A stretch of DNA of 63,479 nt, counting the filler, from Octopus bimaculoides (lineage: Eukaryota): assembly GCF_001194135.2 (NCBI RefSeq). It is 5 parts of 5 records of this genome, joined end to end, with 100 filler letters (N's around TTAATTAATTAA, not from the genome) between each part and the next. Parts side by side here need not be neighbours in the genome. Positions count along the whole stretch, not along the records: positions 21,286 to 38,537 come from NC_068986.1; 4 more parts are not named here. One strand, given 5' to 3'. A model generated the notes under the pieces. The model did not search any database, had not been told where the DNA came from, and was given only the letters and a program-made list of their open reading frames with translations. Made by a program: the position numbers and the translations under genes. Positions 24,873 through 38,015 of the stretch are shown piece by piece (the stretch's first letter is position 1; every line of letters starts with the position of its first letter).

Positions 24873-26688
24873 NNNNNNNNNNNNNNNNNNNNNNNNNNNN
24901 NNNNNNNNNNNNNNNNNNNNNNNNNNNNNNNNNNNNNNNNNNNNNNNNNNNNNNNNNNNNNNNNNNNNNNNNNNNNNNNNNNNNNNNNNNNNNNNNNNNN
25001 NNNNNNNNNNNNNNNNNNNNNNNNNNNNNNNNNNNNNNNNNNNNNNNNNNNNNNNNNNNNNNNNNNNNNNNNNNNNNNNNNNNNNNNNNNNNNNNNNNNN
25101 NNNNNNNNNNNNNNNNNNNNNNNNNNNNNNNNNNNNNNNNNNNNNNNNNNNNNNNNNNNNNNNNNNNNNNNNNNNNNNNNNNNNNNNNNNNNNNNNNNNN
25201 NNNNNNNNNNNNNNNNNNNNNNNNNNNNNNNNNNNNNNNNNNNNNNNNNNNNNNNNNNNNNNNNNNNNNNNNNNNNNNNNNNNNNNNNNNNNNNNNNNNN
25301 NNNNNNNNNNNNNCGCACCTTTAACGATAAGACTGATTGCTTCCTAATTAGCGGTGCCCGCAAAAAAAGTTTTCTTGCGGAGAATTTGGGACAAGAGCAA
25401 ACAAAACAAAGCAAAACAAGCAAAACAACACAGAGTGTGATTTAAGGCGGTGGATGAGGACGAACAGTCGAACAAAATACGGCCTCGGGGGGCCAAGGAG
25501 ACGAGAATGGTGGGTAACGCTTAGAAAATGTCTTGGATGGAGAACGGAGAAACAGAGAATTTGCGACTGGTCAGCTACGGAACCAGTATAAGAAAGGGGG
25601 AATAGGGGAACTGGCCGTTGGTCACGTGACAGCAACAAGCAGAGGAGGAAGACAGCAGGGAGAAGGAGCGACAGAGAAAAAAGGGAAGGGGATACGGGAT
25701 GTTCGAGATAAATTTAACGAATTTTTATTCTCCTTTTTTGAGGAACAACTCGATGCATTGATGTGCATGGGTGTACGGTCACATATATGTGCATGTATAT
25801 ATGTGTATATCTGTGTATGTCCACGCATGTATCCCTGCAGATATACAAATGTATGTGTATGTTACCGTAAATGCAATTCCGAAGTGCGATGCTTACGGAG
25901 CTGGTATGATTGCTCTCCATCAATGTTTAGAGCACATTAACATTTCATATAGATTTGTGACGAAGATGACTAAAGAGCCGTTATTCGAAACGCAGATTCA
26001 CCTATAAATTCGCAAATAATGGCTCTACTCAGCTCTGTAAGGTAACTCAGGTGGAAGAGCACCATGTTAATATTTCATGTATATTAGCATACAACAAGAA
26101 TTATTCTAATGGAAGGACTTAACGAAATTTCTGCAGTGACGAAGCATTCGAATTATTAACTAAAACAAAAAGTATTTTAATCAGAAAATCCGAGTTAATG
26201 TGCTATTGTATTCATGAGAAAAAATAATTCATCTTATTAATTTTAACAAAACATTTGGCCTGGATTAAGCCGCTAGATATATATGACCTTCACGCCAGAA
26301 GTGTACCAGCTATCAAACCTGATGAAGTAGACAGAAATCTCATACATCATTCTGTTCTCGGTGCCGTATTCATGTTATCATCACAAACTGTCTTCGCCTG
26401 GGTGTGTTACCTCGAGCATGAGGCTACATAATGATAAGTGTCTCGAGCTCATATTCACAATTAACTTCATCTATCCACGTAATTTCTTCGTGAATTTATA
26501 TTACAAGTAATATTTGTGAACCTAGCCTTATGATTATTTATGTATGTATGTATGTATGCATGTATGTATGTATGTATATATGTATTATGTATGTATGTTT
26601 GTATGTATGTAGATAACTATGCAAGCATATATATATGCATATGTATATATGTATCTATGCACCAATATATATTCATTGTTCTTAAAAA

Positions 26689-26725
<37 letters not shown>

Positions 26726-26919
26726 CATATATATGTGTGTGTGCGTGTGTGTGTGTGTTTGTGCGTGTGTATGTATGTTTATTTGATATTCATGAACGTA
26801 TCAGTCAATCAGTCAATCGTGCACAAATACAGATGTAAGTGTACACATACAATTACATTTGTGTATCCAGCCATTCAATTATCTACCTATGTATGTATGC
26901 ATGCATGTTTGTATGTATG

Positions 26920-26950
<31 letters not shown>

Positions 26951-27074
26951 GTATGTATGTATGTATGTATGTATGTAAGTATGTATGTATGTATATATGT
27001 ATCTATCTATCTATCCATACATATACATATACGTGTGTGCGTGTATGAAAATGTATATGTATACAAGCATACAT

Positions 27075-27172
<98 letters not shown>

Positions 27173-27713
27173 CAATATACACGTATATCCACATATGCTT
27201 ATATACATACTTACATAAGCACTCATATATATATATATATATAAGCATATGTGGATATACGTGTATATTGATATGTTGATAACGATACACGGTTCTATAC
27301 TTACTTGTATCATTTCAGTTTCCTTCACCTCTTCCATCATCTCTTCCTATCACTCTTTTCTCCTCCTCCTCTTCCACTCTCTCTCGCTCTCTCTCTTTCT
27401 CTCTATTTCTCTCTTTCTCTCACTTACTCTCTTTCTAACTGCCTTAAACTATTATATCACATTAGTTAAGGTTCGCTATGATGTCATATAAACAGACAGA
27501 AATCTATATTATCAGATTCTATGCTATACCAACCAACCAACCGACCGACCAACCCATCCACCTCAAATCAATCCTCCCATCCACCCTCCCACGTCCCCCC
27601 TACCACCCATCCCTACCTTAACTCAATATACGTTTAGTTTTATGTTTTATATTAGTATTTTGTAAGTGGGTGGAGGTCGAAGGGGATGGCGGGAGGAGGG
27701 GCGGGTGAATCTT

Positions 27714-27765
<52 letters not shown>

Positions 27766-28336
27766 AATATATATATGTATGTAGATAAATAAATATATAT
27801 ATATATATGTATATACATATATTTATCTACATGCATAGATACATATATNNNNNNNNNNNNNNNNNNNNNNNNNNNNNNNNNNNNNNNNNNNNNNNNNNNN
27901 NNNNNNNNNNNNNNNNNNNNNNNNNNNNNNNNNNNNNNNNNNNNNNNNNNNNNNNNNNNNNNNNNNNNNNNNNNNNNNNNNNNNNNNNNNNNNNNNNNNN
28001 NNNNNNNNNNNNNNNNNNNNNNNNNNNNNNNNNNNNNNNNNNNNNNNNNNNNNNNNNNNNNNNNNNNNNNNNNNNNNNNNNNNNNNNNNNNNNNNNNNNN
28101 NNNNNNNNNNNNNNNNNNNNNNNNNNNNNNNNNNNNNNNNNNNNNNNNNNNNNNNNNNNNNNNNNNNNNNNNNNNNNNNNNNNNNNNNNNNNNNNNNNNN
28201 NNNNNNNNNNNNNNNNNNNNNNNNNNNNNNNNNNNNNNNNNNNNNNNNNNNNNNNNNNNNNNNNNNNNNNNNNNNNNNNNNNNNNNNNNNNNNNNNNNNN
28301 NNNNNNNNNNNNNNNNNNNATATATATGTGTGTGTG

Positions 28337-28376
<40 letters not shown>

Positions 28377-28874
28377 CTTTTATTTGATTATGGTTATTCT
28401 TATTTTTTTCCCCCGTTGTTTGGTCTTCTATTAGATATTGTAAACATATCCTTCTACCCCCCCCCCATTCGTCTTTGTCTTTAAATCGCCGAATGACTCA
28501 GCGGAGTATAATGGCGGCGGTGGCGATGATACTGACGTTAGTGTCGTATTGATGATGGCGGTGCCAGTGATTATTGTCGTTGTCGTCATCATGATATTAA
28601 AAACAAACAAAAAACTCTCTCTCAAAAAAAAAAAGAAAAACTAACAAACAAATAAACAAACGCACAAACAAACCAACAGTGTTTGGTGGCGGTGCTGTGA
28701 ACGTACAGTAAAAACTTAAAACGTCGAAGCTCGGGTTAAGTGACCCCAAACTCGTTATACACACAGATTATTACTGATCTAATCTTGCTTTACTCTCTGC
28801 TCAACTCTAAATCAACCTATTCATGTATGATAAATGTGATAATGTCATTATGTCCACCATTGCTTTTTTTTGTA

Positions 28875-28933
<59 letters not shown>

Positions 28934-29065
28934 CATCATCATACTCATCATCATCGTCATCATCATTATCATTACAATCATTATCATTATCTTTATTCTA
29001 CTTGTTGTTGTTGTTATTATTTTGTCATCCAGATCCTCCAAGCGCACGTACCCTTCTAGTTCTCC

Positions 29066-29111
<46 letters not shown>

Positions 29112-29254
29112 TACACACACACACACACACATAGTGACACTGTCTTTCTCTTTTCCTTCATTCGATTTTCTTCTTCGTTTCACTCTCGCTCCTTTTTTTC
29201 CTGTCCTTTGTTTGTTTGTTTGTTTGTTTGTTCGTTTCTTTCTTTCTTTCTTTC

Positions 29255-29300
<46 letters not shown>

Positions 29301-30325
29301 CACTCATTATTTCTTTAAGTGTAGGTTGGTGGATGTAAATATTCGTAGATAAATGTGTTTATTTAACTGGGCGTATCTCTCTCCCCATTTTTCTCTATGA
29401 TTCTGTGTATATTATATATGTATGTGTGCATGTGTTTGTCTGTCTGTCTGTCTGCTTGTATGTATGTATGTATGTATGCATGTGAGTGTATATGTATATA
29501 TATGTATCGATTTATTTAAATATCTACCTATCATATCTTCATATCTCTCCCTCCCTTCGTATATGAATATATATATATATATATATATATATAAACAATA
29601 TATGAGTATATGCATATATATGTACATGTGTGTATATACCTTCATCCACATGTACACATAGATACATAACTGGGTACATGACGTGGCAAAAGAACATGGA
29701 CAAAATGATAAACAAGGTACAACAAACAAGCAAGCCACATAGAAACATCTCCTTCATCAGCTGCCACCATTAAAACACCGACGTTTCGAAGAATTAAGGC
29801 AGTACGCATCGTTGAAATGGTTCTTCCCACGAACACAAATTAAATTGTTTTCGTGGAGGATAGTGGCGGACGGAAAACAAGACAGGAAAACGAAACGGTG
29901 AATGAACAAACAAGCAAAAAGGCTGTACAGCCAGACGGGAAGTGTGTATGTATTGAACGCTGTGAAGCACGTACAGGAGGGGCAAAGAAGTACGTGCGAG
30001 CTTGGTGATTCCAAGAACGAAAAGAAATAGCAGCCGGACACACGTGACCAAGGCTGTGTGAAGAGAAAGAGTAACAGAGGGGAAAGAAGGGGAGGAAGTA
30101 GAATAAAAGTGAGCAACGAGGGGTAGAGAGAGAGAGAGATAGTAGTAGTAGTAACGGTGAGAGGCGAAGGACGAGTAACAAGAGATAGAGAGAGAGAAAT
30201 ATAGTAGTGACAGGTAGAGGCGAAGAACAATAGAGGGAAGAATGAGAGAGGGAGATAGAAATACAGAGAGAGAGAGTCGCGTTAGAAAAATAGTTAAAAC
30301 TTACTGTATACAGGTTAACGCGTGC

Positions 30326-30359
<34 letters not shown>

Positions 30360-30562
30360 ATATTTGCTTTCATAGTATGTAGTATGTCATGCTTAAAATG
30401 CAGTAGTTGCCTGAATATAAGTGGACCGGCGTGAGTATTTTTGTTATTGTATGTGTGACTGTATGAGCATGTATAATTATGCGTGTACATACATACATAC
30501 GTATATACATACATACATATTTGATGTGTGTATATCTATATTCGTGTTAGTATTTATGCGTG

Positions 30563-30668
<106 letters not shown>

Positions 30669-30850
30669 TTCCCATTTTCCAACCAAGCGTGTTAAGTATA
30701 CAATTATGAAAAAAATCTTGATGTTGAACACAGCGTATTTTGTTATTCATATTCATGCAACATGGCCTCCGTTGATTCAACAAAGCGAATGTTCGCTAAG
30801 AGGTTTATATACATACATACATATATACATACATGCATGGATGCATGCAT

Positions 30851-31300
30851 AGGGCGGTGAGCTGGCAGAAACGTTAGCACCCCGGGCGAAATGCTTAACG
30901 GTATTTCCTCCGTCTTTGCGTTCTGAGTTCAAATTCCGCCAAGGTCGACTTTGCCTGTCATCCTTTCGGGGTTGATTGAATAAGTACCAGTTACACCCTG
31001 GGGTCGATGTAATCGACTCAATCCGTTTGTCTGTCCTTGTTTGTCCCCTCTGCATGTAGCCCCTTGTGGGTAGTAAAGAAATAAGAATCGTTAGCACGTC
31101 GGGCGAAATGCTTAGTGGTATTTCATCTGCTGTTACGTTCTGAGTTCAAATTCCGCCGAAGTCTACTTTGCCTTTCATCCTTTCGGAGTCGATTAAATAA
31201 GTACCAGTTACGCACTGGGGTCGATGTAATCGACTTAATCCCTTTGTCTTTCCTAGTTTGTCCCCTTCTATGTTTAGCCCCCTGTGTGCAATAAAGAAAT
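30851..31300 (+). mobile_element. Head-to-tail dimer of SINE family A (30851-31085, 31086-31300), tail type 1
   Basis: Two consecutive copies; the second lacks about 18 nt of head. Confidence 0.88.
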
Positions 31301-31319
31301 ATGTACATCCATGCGTGAT

Positions 31320-32460
31320 ACCGAGAGGCTCTACCTAAGCAGTGATAAAGAATGTAGAGGCTTGAGATCAGTGCAGACAGCCTTCGAATGTTAATTAATC
31401 TCTCTCAGGAAGCACTTGCTATACAGCAGCAGTAAAAATAAATACATTGATTTAGTGCTAAAAAGTGAAGAGAACGGTATCCCACGTGTCGGCAGCGAGC
31501 TTCTCCAGAAGCACTCTCTTCCTTATGGCCTTCCATACAACCTAACCCCAACTCAACCGGACTAGAACACCTCAACGAAGACCTGGACGTGAAACGGTCA
31601 GCATGCATGCGTACGTTTCCCGAAGACTTGAAGATGACAGTAATATTCACATGAAGCGAAGCCTCTCTTGAACACGTAGCCGTCACATCACGTCATACTT
31701 AGAAGGCTATGTATTTGCAATATAAGAGACTGTGATTGTTTCAAAATACTTAATAAACGTAGAGAGACAGTGAAACTCTTAGAGCTTCAAGATGCAACCA
31801 AAAATGTAGATTATGTCATATTTCTGTGGAAGAAATCACACATGTGATTGATTAACAGCTGCCAAAAAATATCATCAAGGTATTGCGTTCCTGTGCGACA
31901 AGACGTTGTCGCATAAACACTACACAATGCCATTCTGAAAAAGAAAAAAACAAAAAAAAAGACAAAAATAGACTGTCTTGGAATAGATAGAGAATTCCCT
32001 GTTATTGAATACACACACGAACGTCAACACAAAGAATACTGATGGCATATTTCCATCACAACATATGCAAAATGTAAGCATAACAGGCTGGATATTGTTG
32101 TTTGGGACAGACAGGTACCCTCATCAAGGTCAGCTGTCCTGCTGACGTGAATGTCTCTTTGAAAATCGAAGAGGAATATAATAATTAAGATCTGCTGCTT
32201 CGAAATCTCCAAATTACAATTCACATTTATACCAATAATAATTGGTGCGTTTGGCTTTGTGAGTAAATGCCGTGAGTGACAATCTGGATAAGGTAGGGTT
32301 TGCAGAAAAAGTAATCAACCTAAAAACTCGCACATTACAAATAGAATATGTAAGTGGAACAGTAAAAATGTGCAAGACTCTCCTCAAGTTTAGAATCTTA
32401 CATTGTTTTCGTTATCTAGATTCCAACTGGAGAGTTTGTATCTTTATTAGAAACCAGCTC
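31320..32460 (+). mobile_element. Old R4-like RLE element, third subfamily
   Basis: ERLYLSSDKECRGL (post-RT motif), EGYVFAI, KCRLCHISVEEITHVI, HNRLDIVVWD...VSCPADVNV...IPIIIGAFG; many lesions. Confidence 0.75.
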
Positions 32461-32658
32461 TTTCGTCAGAGGAAGAATTTGGATAATTTAAAACAGAAGA
32501 GATCGTACATATATCCATCCATCCATCCATCCATCCATCCATCCATCCATCCATCTGTCCGCCCATCCGTCCGTCCGTTCGTTCGTCCGTCCGTCCGTCA
32601 GTCTGTCCGTCCGCCCAAATCTATACATACATAACACATAATATATATGTGTGTGCAC

Positions 32659-32736
<78 letters not shown>

Positions 32737-33691
32737 TCGTATTTATTACGCTCGATCATGCTCGGACGTGGGAAGATCTTCCACTGCGGAAATTGTCGCG
32801 GGAAAAAAAAACAAATCTCCTAGACGACACGTTTGAAAACAACGTGGGCTGTGAAATTTGCTACTGAATGACAGGACGCAAGCGTTTCTGCGTTCTTTCG
32901 TGTCGTCAACTACGAACACCAGATCCGTCATTCACAGCCCGTTAAGAACGAATTTATTCTTACATAAGATCAGCATACGATGCGTTTGTTGGTGTGCGCT
33001 CACCAGGAAACGCAGGAGTAAACAGTTACTATCGCTAACAAATATATATGTGTGTAAGCTCACTCTCAATGCTCGCTTTTGGTTTTGTTGCTTTTGGATG
33101 TGTATTTGTTAATAAACACATTAGAAAAATATCTTCATCCTCGAAAGATGTTTAACCAATCTCCTGACGCCAGACTCTCAACGTACAGATCAGCAATTTA
33201 CACCTCTTCTCTTTTTAACGTTGGATGTACTTCTTTCCTCTATAATTACAGTATGAGTATAGTCTTAAATATTAGGTGGAAAAAAATAATAAGACCTAGA
33301 AGAAAGTGGTGTGATAACCAGTTGATGGAATAAGCCACCTGCGTACCACAGGGGAAATCAGAAATGTATGTTTGATGATACATATGTTTAAAAATATACG
33401 TATAGATAATGTTTTCAAGAATTTTGATAATTCGAAATAAATTTTTAAAAATATAAGTAATCTCGGCCATTTTTGTGGAAAATAGGAAAATAATTATCGC
33501 ATAAAAAAAAGCAACGTTGATAATAGAGATACACATGTATGTATGTATGTATGTATGTATGTATGTATGTATGTATGTATGTATGTATACAAATAAGTAT
33601 ATATTTATACATGTATTTATATATACATGTACAAATAATGTCAATATATATATATGTGTACAATATATATATATATATAAATATATATATC

Positions 33692-33920
33692 GACGTCGTG
33701 GCACTCCGTCATAACCGACGATGAGGGTTCCAGTTGATCCGAGCACTTCACAGACACGTGTACCCTTAACGTTCTTCTCGGGAAGATTCAGCGTGACACA
33801 GAGTGTGACAAGGCTGGCCCTTTGAAATACAGGTGCAACAGAAACTGGAAGATCGAGTGAGAGGAAGTTGTGGTGAAAGAGTACAGCAGGGTTCACCACG
33901 AACCCTTGTAGGAGCCTCGT
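33692..33920 (-). mobile_element. Partial SINE-like repeat (family C)
   Basis: ggcactccgtc...gagggttccagttgatcc...cagcgtgacacagagtgtgacaaggctggccc resembles an octopus interspersed repeat as I recall it; orientation is inferred. Confidence 0.5.
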
Positions 33921-34943
33921 GCAGCCATAGCACTACCACAAATACGACCATCATCAACATCATCATCAGTAGCGCACACCACCACCACAGCTGTACTACC
34001 ACCACCACCACCACCACCACCACCAAGAACAAGAACAACACTGTCATTTAGCAAGGAAGCCTCTATTTGGTTGTGAGACCTGCTTGAAATGGCAACCAAA
34101 ACCCTCTCAATCACAGCTCCACTGGTTTCAGAAAGCCTCGTTGGATAATGTAGATTCTCGGTTCACTGCACGTAGGAAGAGCTTAGAGCGGGATGATCAC
34201 TGCTGGAATGCTTTTGAATCGAAGGCTTTGATCGTGAGTCTATTTGACGTGGGACGAGACAACCACTTAACAACAGCAATAACAAAAAAAAGGCCACTAT
34301 TTACACTACCGCCTCCACTACCACCAAAACCACCACCACCACCACCACCACCACCACCACCATCACCATCACTACCACCAGCACCATCACTACCACCAGC
34401 ACCACCAAACTNNNNNNNNNNNNNNNNNNNNNNNNNNNNNNNNNNNNNNNNNNNNNNNNNNNNNNNNNNNNNNNNNNNNNNNNNNNNNNNNNNNNNNNNN
34501 NNNNNNNNNNNNNNNNNNNNNNNNNNNNNNNNNNNNNNNNNNNNNNNNNNNNNNNNNNNNNNNNNNNNNNNNNNNNNNNNNNNNNNNNNNNNNNNNNNNN
34601 NNNNNNNNNNNNNNNNNNNNNNNNNNNNNNNNNNNNNNNNNNNNNNNNNNNNNNNNNNNNNNACCACCACCACCAACAACAACAACCCCATGCAAAAGCT
34701 ACCATGCCCCCACCTTACTACCGTGACAATTCCAACGACACCACTCCTAGCTATGTTTTATTTTGTCCAACAGCCTCCGCATGAGCGGCGTGACACATTT
34801 ACCCAAACAACTTTAACAAATATAGTCGTCATAAATCCACCCATCTAAGAGACCCCTCTCCAGCCAACCAGTCAGTCAGCCAGCCAGCCGTGCAAACCAC
34901 AATCCCTCTTTGACTGCCTCTTTGTTCCCTCCTCTCTTTCTTT

Positions 34944-34997
<54 letters not shown>

Positions 34998-35129
34998 GTC
35001 TGTCTGTCTGTCTGTCTGTCTATCCATTTGTCTGTCCGTCCGTCTGTCTATCTATCTATCTATCTATCTAAGAAAAAAAATAAAACAAAAAGGCAAAAGA
35101 GAGTCACTTACTGTTATAGTTTCTTCAAT

Positions 35130-35434
35130 GAGAATATTGACCAAGGTTACCGTGGTCTTTTCCGTAGGCTTTTCCTTCCACGGCTAAACCTAAACTGTCC
35201 TCCCCTCTTTTTACACGAGAACATTACTGTGTGATACACGATCCCTATTGATCGGCCTTTCCTTTTCTTTTTTTTTCGATCCCTTTTGATCGAACTCCCC
35301 CTTTTTCCCTTCCTACGATCCCTTTTGATCGACACCACCATTTTTTTCCCCCTTCCTCCCCCCTCCCAAAAAGAAAAGCTCTACATTGTATTTGTCCCAT
35401 CTTCGTTGAGCCCTGTGTGGCTAATAAAAGAAAT
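35130..35434 (+). mobile_element. Tx1-like 3' UTR fragment between (TATC)n tracts
   Basis: aggttaccgtggtcttttccgtaggcttttcc resembles the 3' UTR of the 19264 element; ends with ccctgtgtggctaataaaagaaat. Confidence 0.6.
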
Positions 35435-35499
35435 GTATCTATCTATCTATCTATCTATCTATCTAACTATCTATCTATAAGAAAGTTATCTGTTTGTCT

Positions 35500-35854
35500 C
35501 TCCATTTGCAGTCTGTCTGTCTGTCCGTCTGTCTGTCTGTCCGTCTGTCTGTCTGTCCGTCTGTCTGTCTGTCCGTCTGTNNNNNNNNNNTCTGTCTGTC
35601 TGTCCGTCTGTCTGTCTGTCCGTCTGTCTGTCTGTCTGTCCGTCTGTCTGTCTGTCTGTCCATTTTCCAGTTTGTCTGTCTGTCTGTCCATTTCTCTGTC
35701 TGTCTGTCGGTCTGTCCATCTGTTTTTCTATCTCTCCATTTGTCTGCCCGTCCGTCTATCTATCTGTCTGTCTGTCGGTCTGTCCGTCTGTCTGTCCGTC
35801 TGTCCATTTGTCAGTCTTGTCTGTCTGTCTGTCTATCTATCCATCTCTCTCTCG

Positions 35855-35900
<46 letters not shown>
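35500..35900. repeat. (TCTG/TCCG)n and (CT)n microsatellites
   Basis: Direct reading; it explains the SVCL/DRQT ORFs. Confidence 0.95.
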
Positions 35901-35906
<6 letters not shown>

Positions 35907-37789
35907 TCATTTATTATTCCACAACAGAAACTATCATTCCGATGACATCCCATGTGATCTCTCAATTTAGCCATTTCACATCTTATTGGTCTACTGGTTT
36001 TCACAAGAGGGTCATTGATTTCTCTTTGCACTTGCTTGCCTCTCACTGCACCTCTTCCCTCGCTAGGACTACCCACCCGTCAACCCCTGCCACCATTACA
36101 TTATTATTGTTATTATTATTATCATTATTTCACTGTCATTCCATATATTCTTTCTTGTTTTTGTTGTGCTTGTTGGTTGTGTTGAATTATCAATCTAAAG
36201 TATTGTACCGATAACTTTCGTTTCAATCGCGGCTGCTGTTGTGATGATCGCAAATAGGCATCGAAGAAGAAAAGATTTCATTCTTTCTGTGTTTTTTTTT
36301 TCTCCCCCGGTCTTTCTGTCTTTCATTCGTTCTATTTTCTCTCTTCACTCTTTCAATTATGTTATGTTTTACTGATTGATAGAATGATTACTTATACAAT
36401 TATTTTATTAAAAAAAAAAAAGAAGCTAGTTCTAAAATCTAAGAGATGAACGCAGTAATTGTACAAGCAAGTAATGTTCATAACCACTTCCACATAGCTG
36501 TTCCATTCGAACGCAATTTACTGTAGATTTATAACTCCAAGAGGACACCTCCTCTAGCTGGTTAACAATGTACAGCTGCATCCGATATATTGCGAGCAGG
36601 GGAGCGAACCTCTACCACCTCCTAGCAACGGGACCGGATCTTGTTCAAAACGGGGGCACCAGTTTTCATTAATGTTTTATGTAGTGTTTTTGGTACCGAA
36701 AGACTTTCAAACTTCGTATACTTATCTATTTTGTGTTATAGAACAGAAAAAAATTTTTGTATTCGAATTTATTTCATGTAAAAAATTGTCTTATTTCGAT
36801 AATTTCAACCAATCACTGACAAGTATTCAGCTGTTTACACTTACTCCTTTGGCAGTTTAAGCGGTGTAAAGCGTAATTAATCTCCATTTATAATNNNNNN
36901 NNNNNNNNNNNNNNNNNNNNNNNNNNNNNNNNNNNNNNNNNNNNNNNNNNNNNNNNNNNNNNNNNNNNNNNNNNNNNNNNNNNNNNNNNNNNNNNNNNNN
37001 NNNNNNNNNNNNNNNNNNNNNNNNNNNNNNNNNNNNNNNNNNNNNNNNNNNNNNNNNNNNNNNNNNNNNNNNNNNNNNNNNNNNNNNNNNNNNNNNNNNN
37101 NNNNNNNNNNNNNNNNNNNNNNNNNNNNNNNNNNNNNNNNNNNNNNNNNNNNNNNNNNNNNNNNNNNNNNNNNNNNNNNNNNNNNNNNNNNNNNNNNNNN
37201 NNNNNNNNNNNNNNNNNNNNNNNNNNNNNNNNNNNNNNNNNNNNNNNNNNNNNNNNNNNNNNNNNNNNNNNNNNNNNNNNNNNNNNNNNNNNNNNNNNNN
37301 NNNNNNNNNNNNNNNNNNNNNNNNNNNNNNNNNNNNNNNNNNNNNNNNNNNNNNNNNNNNNNNNNNNNNNNNNNNNNNNNNNNNNNNNNNNNNNNNNNNN
37401 NNNNNNNNNNNNNNNNNNNNNNNNNNNNNNNNNNNNNNNNNNNNNNNNNNNNNNNNNNNNNNNNNNNNNNNNNNNNNNNNNNNNNNNNNNNNNNNNNNNN
37501 NNNNNNNNNNNNNNNNNNNNNNNNNNNNNNNNNNNNNNNNNNNNNNNNNNNNNNNNNNNNNNNNNNNNNNNNNNNNNNNNNNNNNNNNNNNNNNNNNNNN
37601 NNNNNNNNNNNNNNNNNNNNNNNNNNNNNNNNNNNNNNNNNNNNNNNNNNNNNNNNNNNNNNNNNNNNNNNNNNNNNNNNNNNNNNNNNNNNNNNNNNNN
37701 NNNNNNNNNNNNNNNNNNNNNNNNNNNNNNNNNNNNNNNNNNNNNNNNNNNNNNNNNNNNNNGTGTGTGTGTGTGTGTGTGTGCGCGCG

Positions 37790-38015
37790 CGCGTATATGT
37801 TTGTGTGACTGTGTTTGTCTCCCCAACATCGTTTCACGACCGATGCTAGTGTGTTTACGTCCCCGTAACTTAGCGGTTCGGCACAAGGAAACCGATAGAA
37901 TATTTACTAGGCTTACAAAGAATAAGTCCTAGGGTCGATTTGCTCGACTAAAAGGCGGTGCTCCAGCATGGCCACAGTCAAATGACTGAAGCAAGTAAAG
38001 GAGTAAAAATGAGTA
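37790..38015 (+). mobile_element. SINE family B 3' half, CpG intact
   Basis: tagcggttcggc...accgatag...gggtcgatttgctcgactaaaggcggtgctccagcatggcc...gcaagtaaagg. Confidence 0.88.

Noticed and set aside
29750-29800. GAAACGTC...CTGATGA on the minus strand, in type II hammerhead order
   Set aside because: Stem I cannot form and 10.1-11.1 does not pair.
32746-32931. 'DLVFVVD', resembling a VWA motif
   Set aside because: There is a stop directly upstream, no acceptor, and no further VWA similarity.
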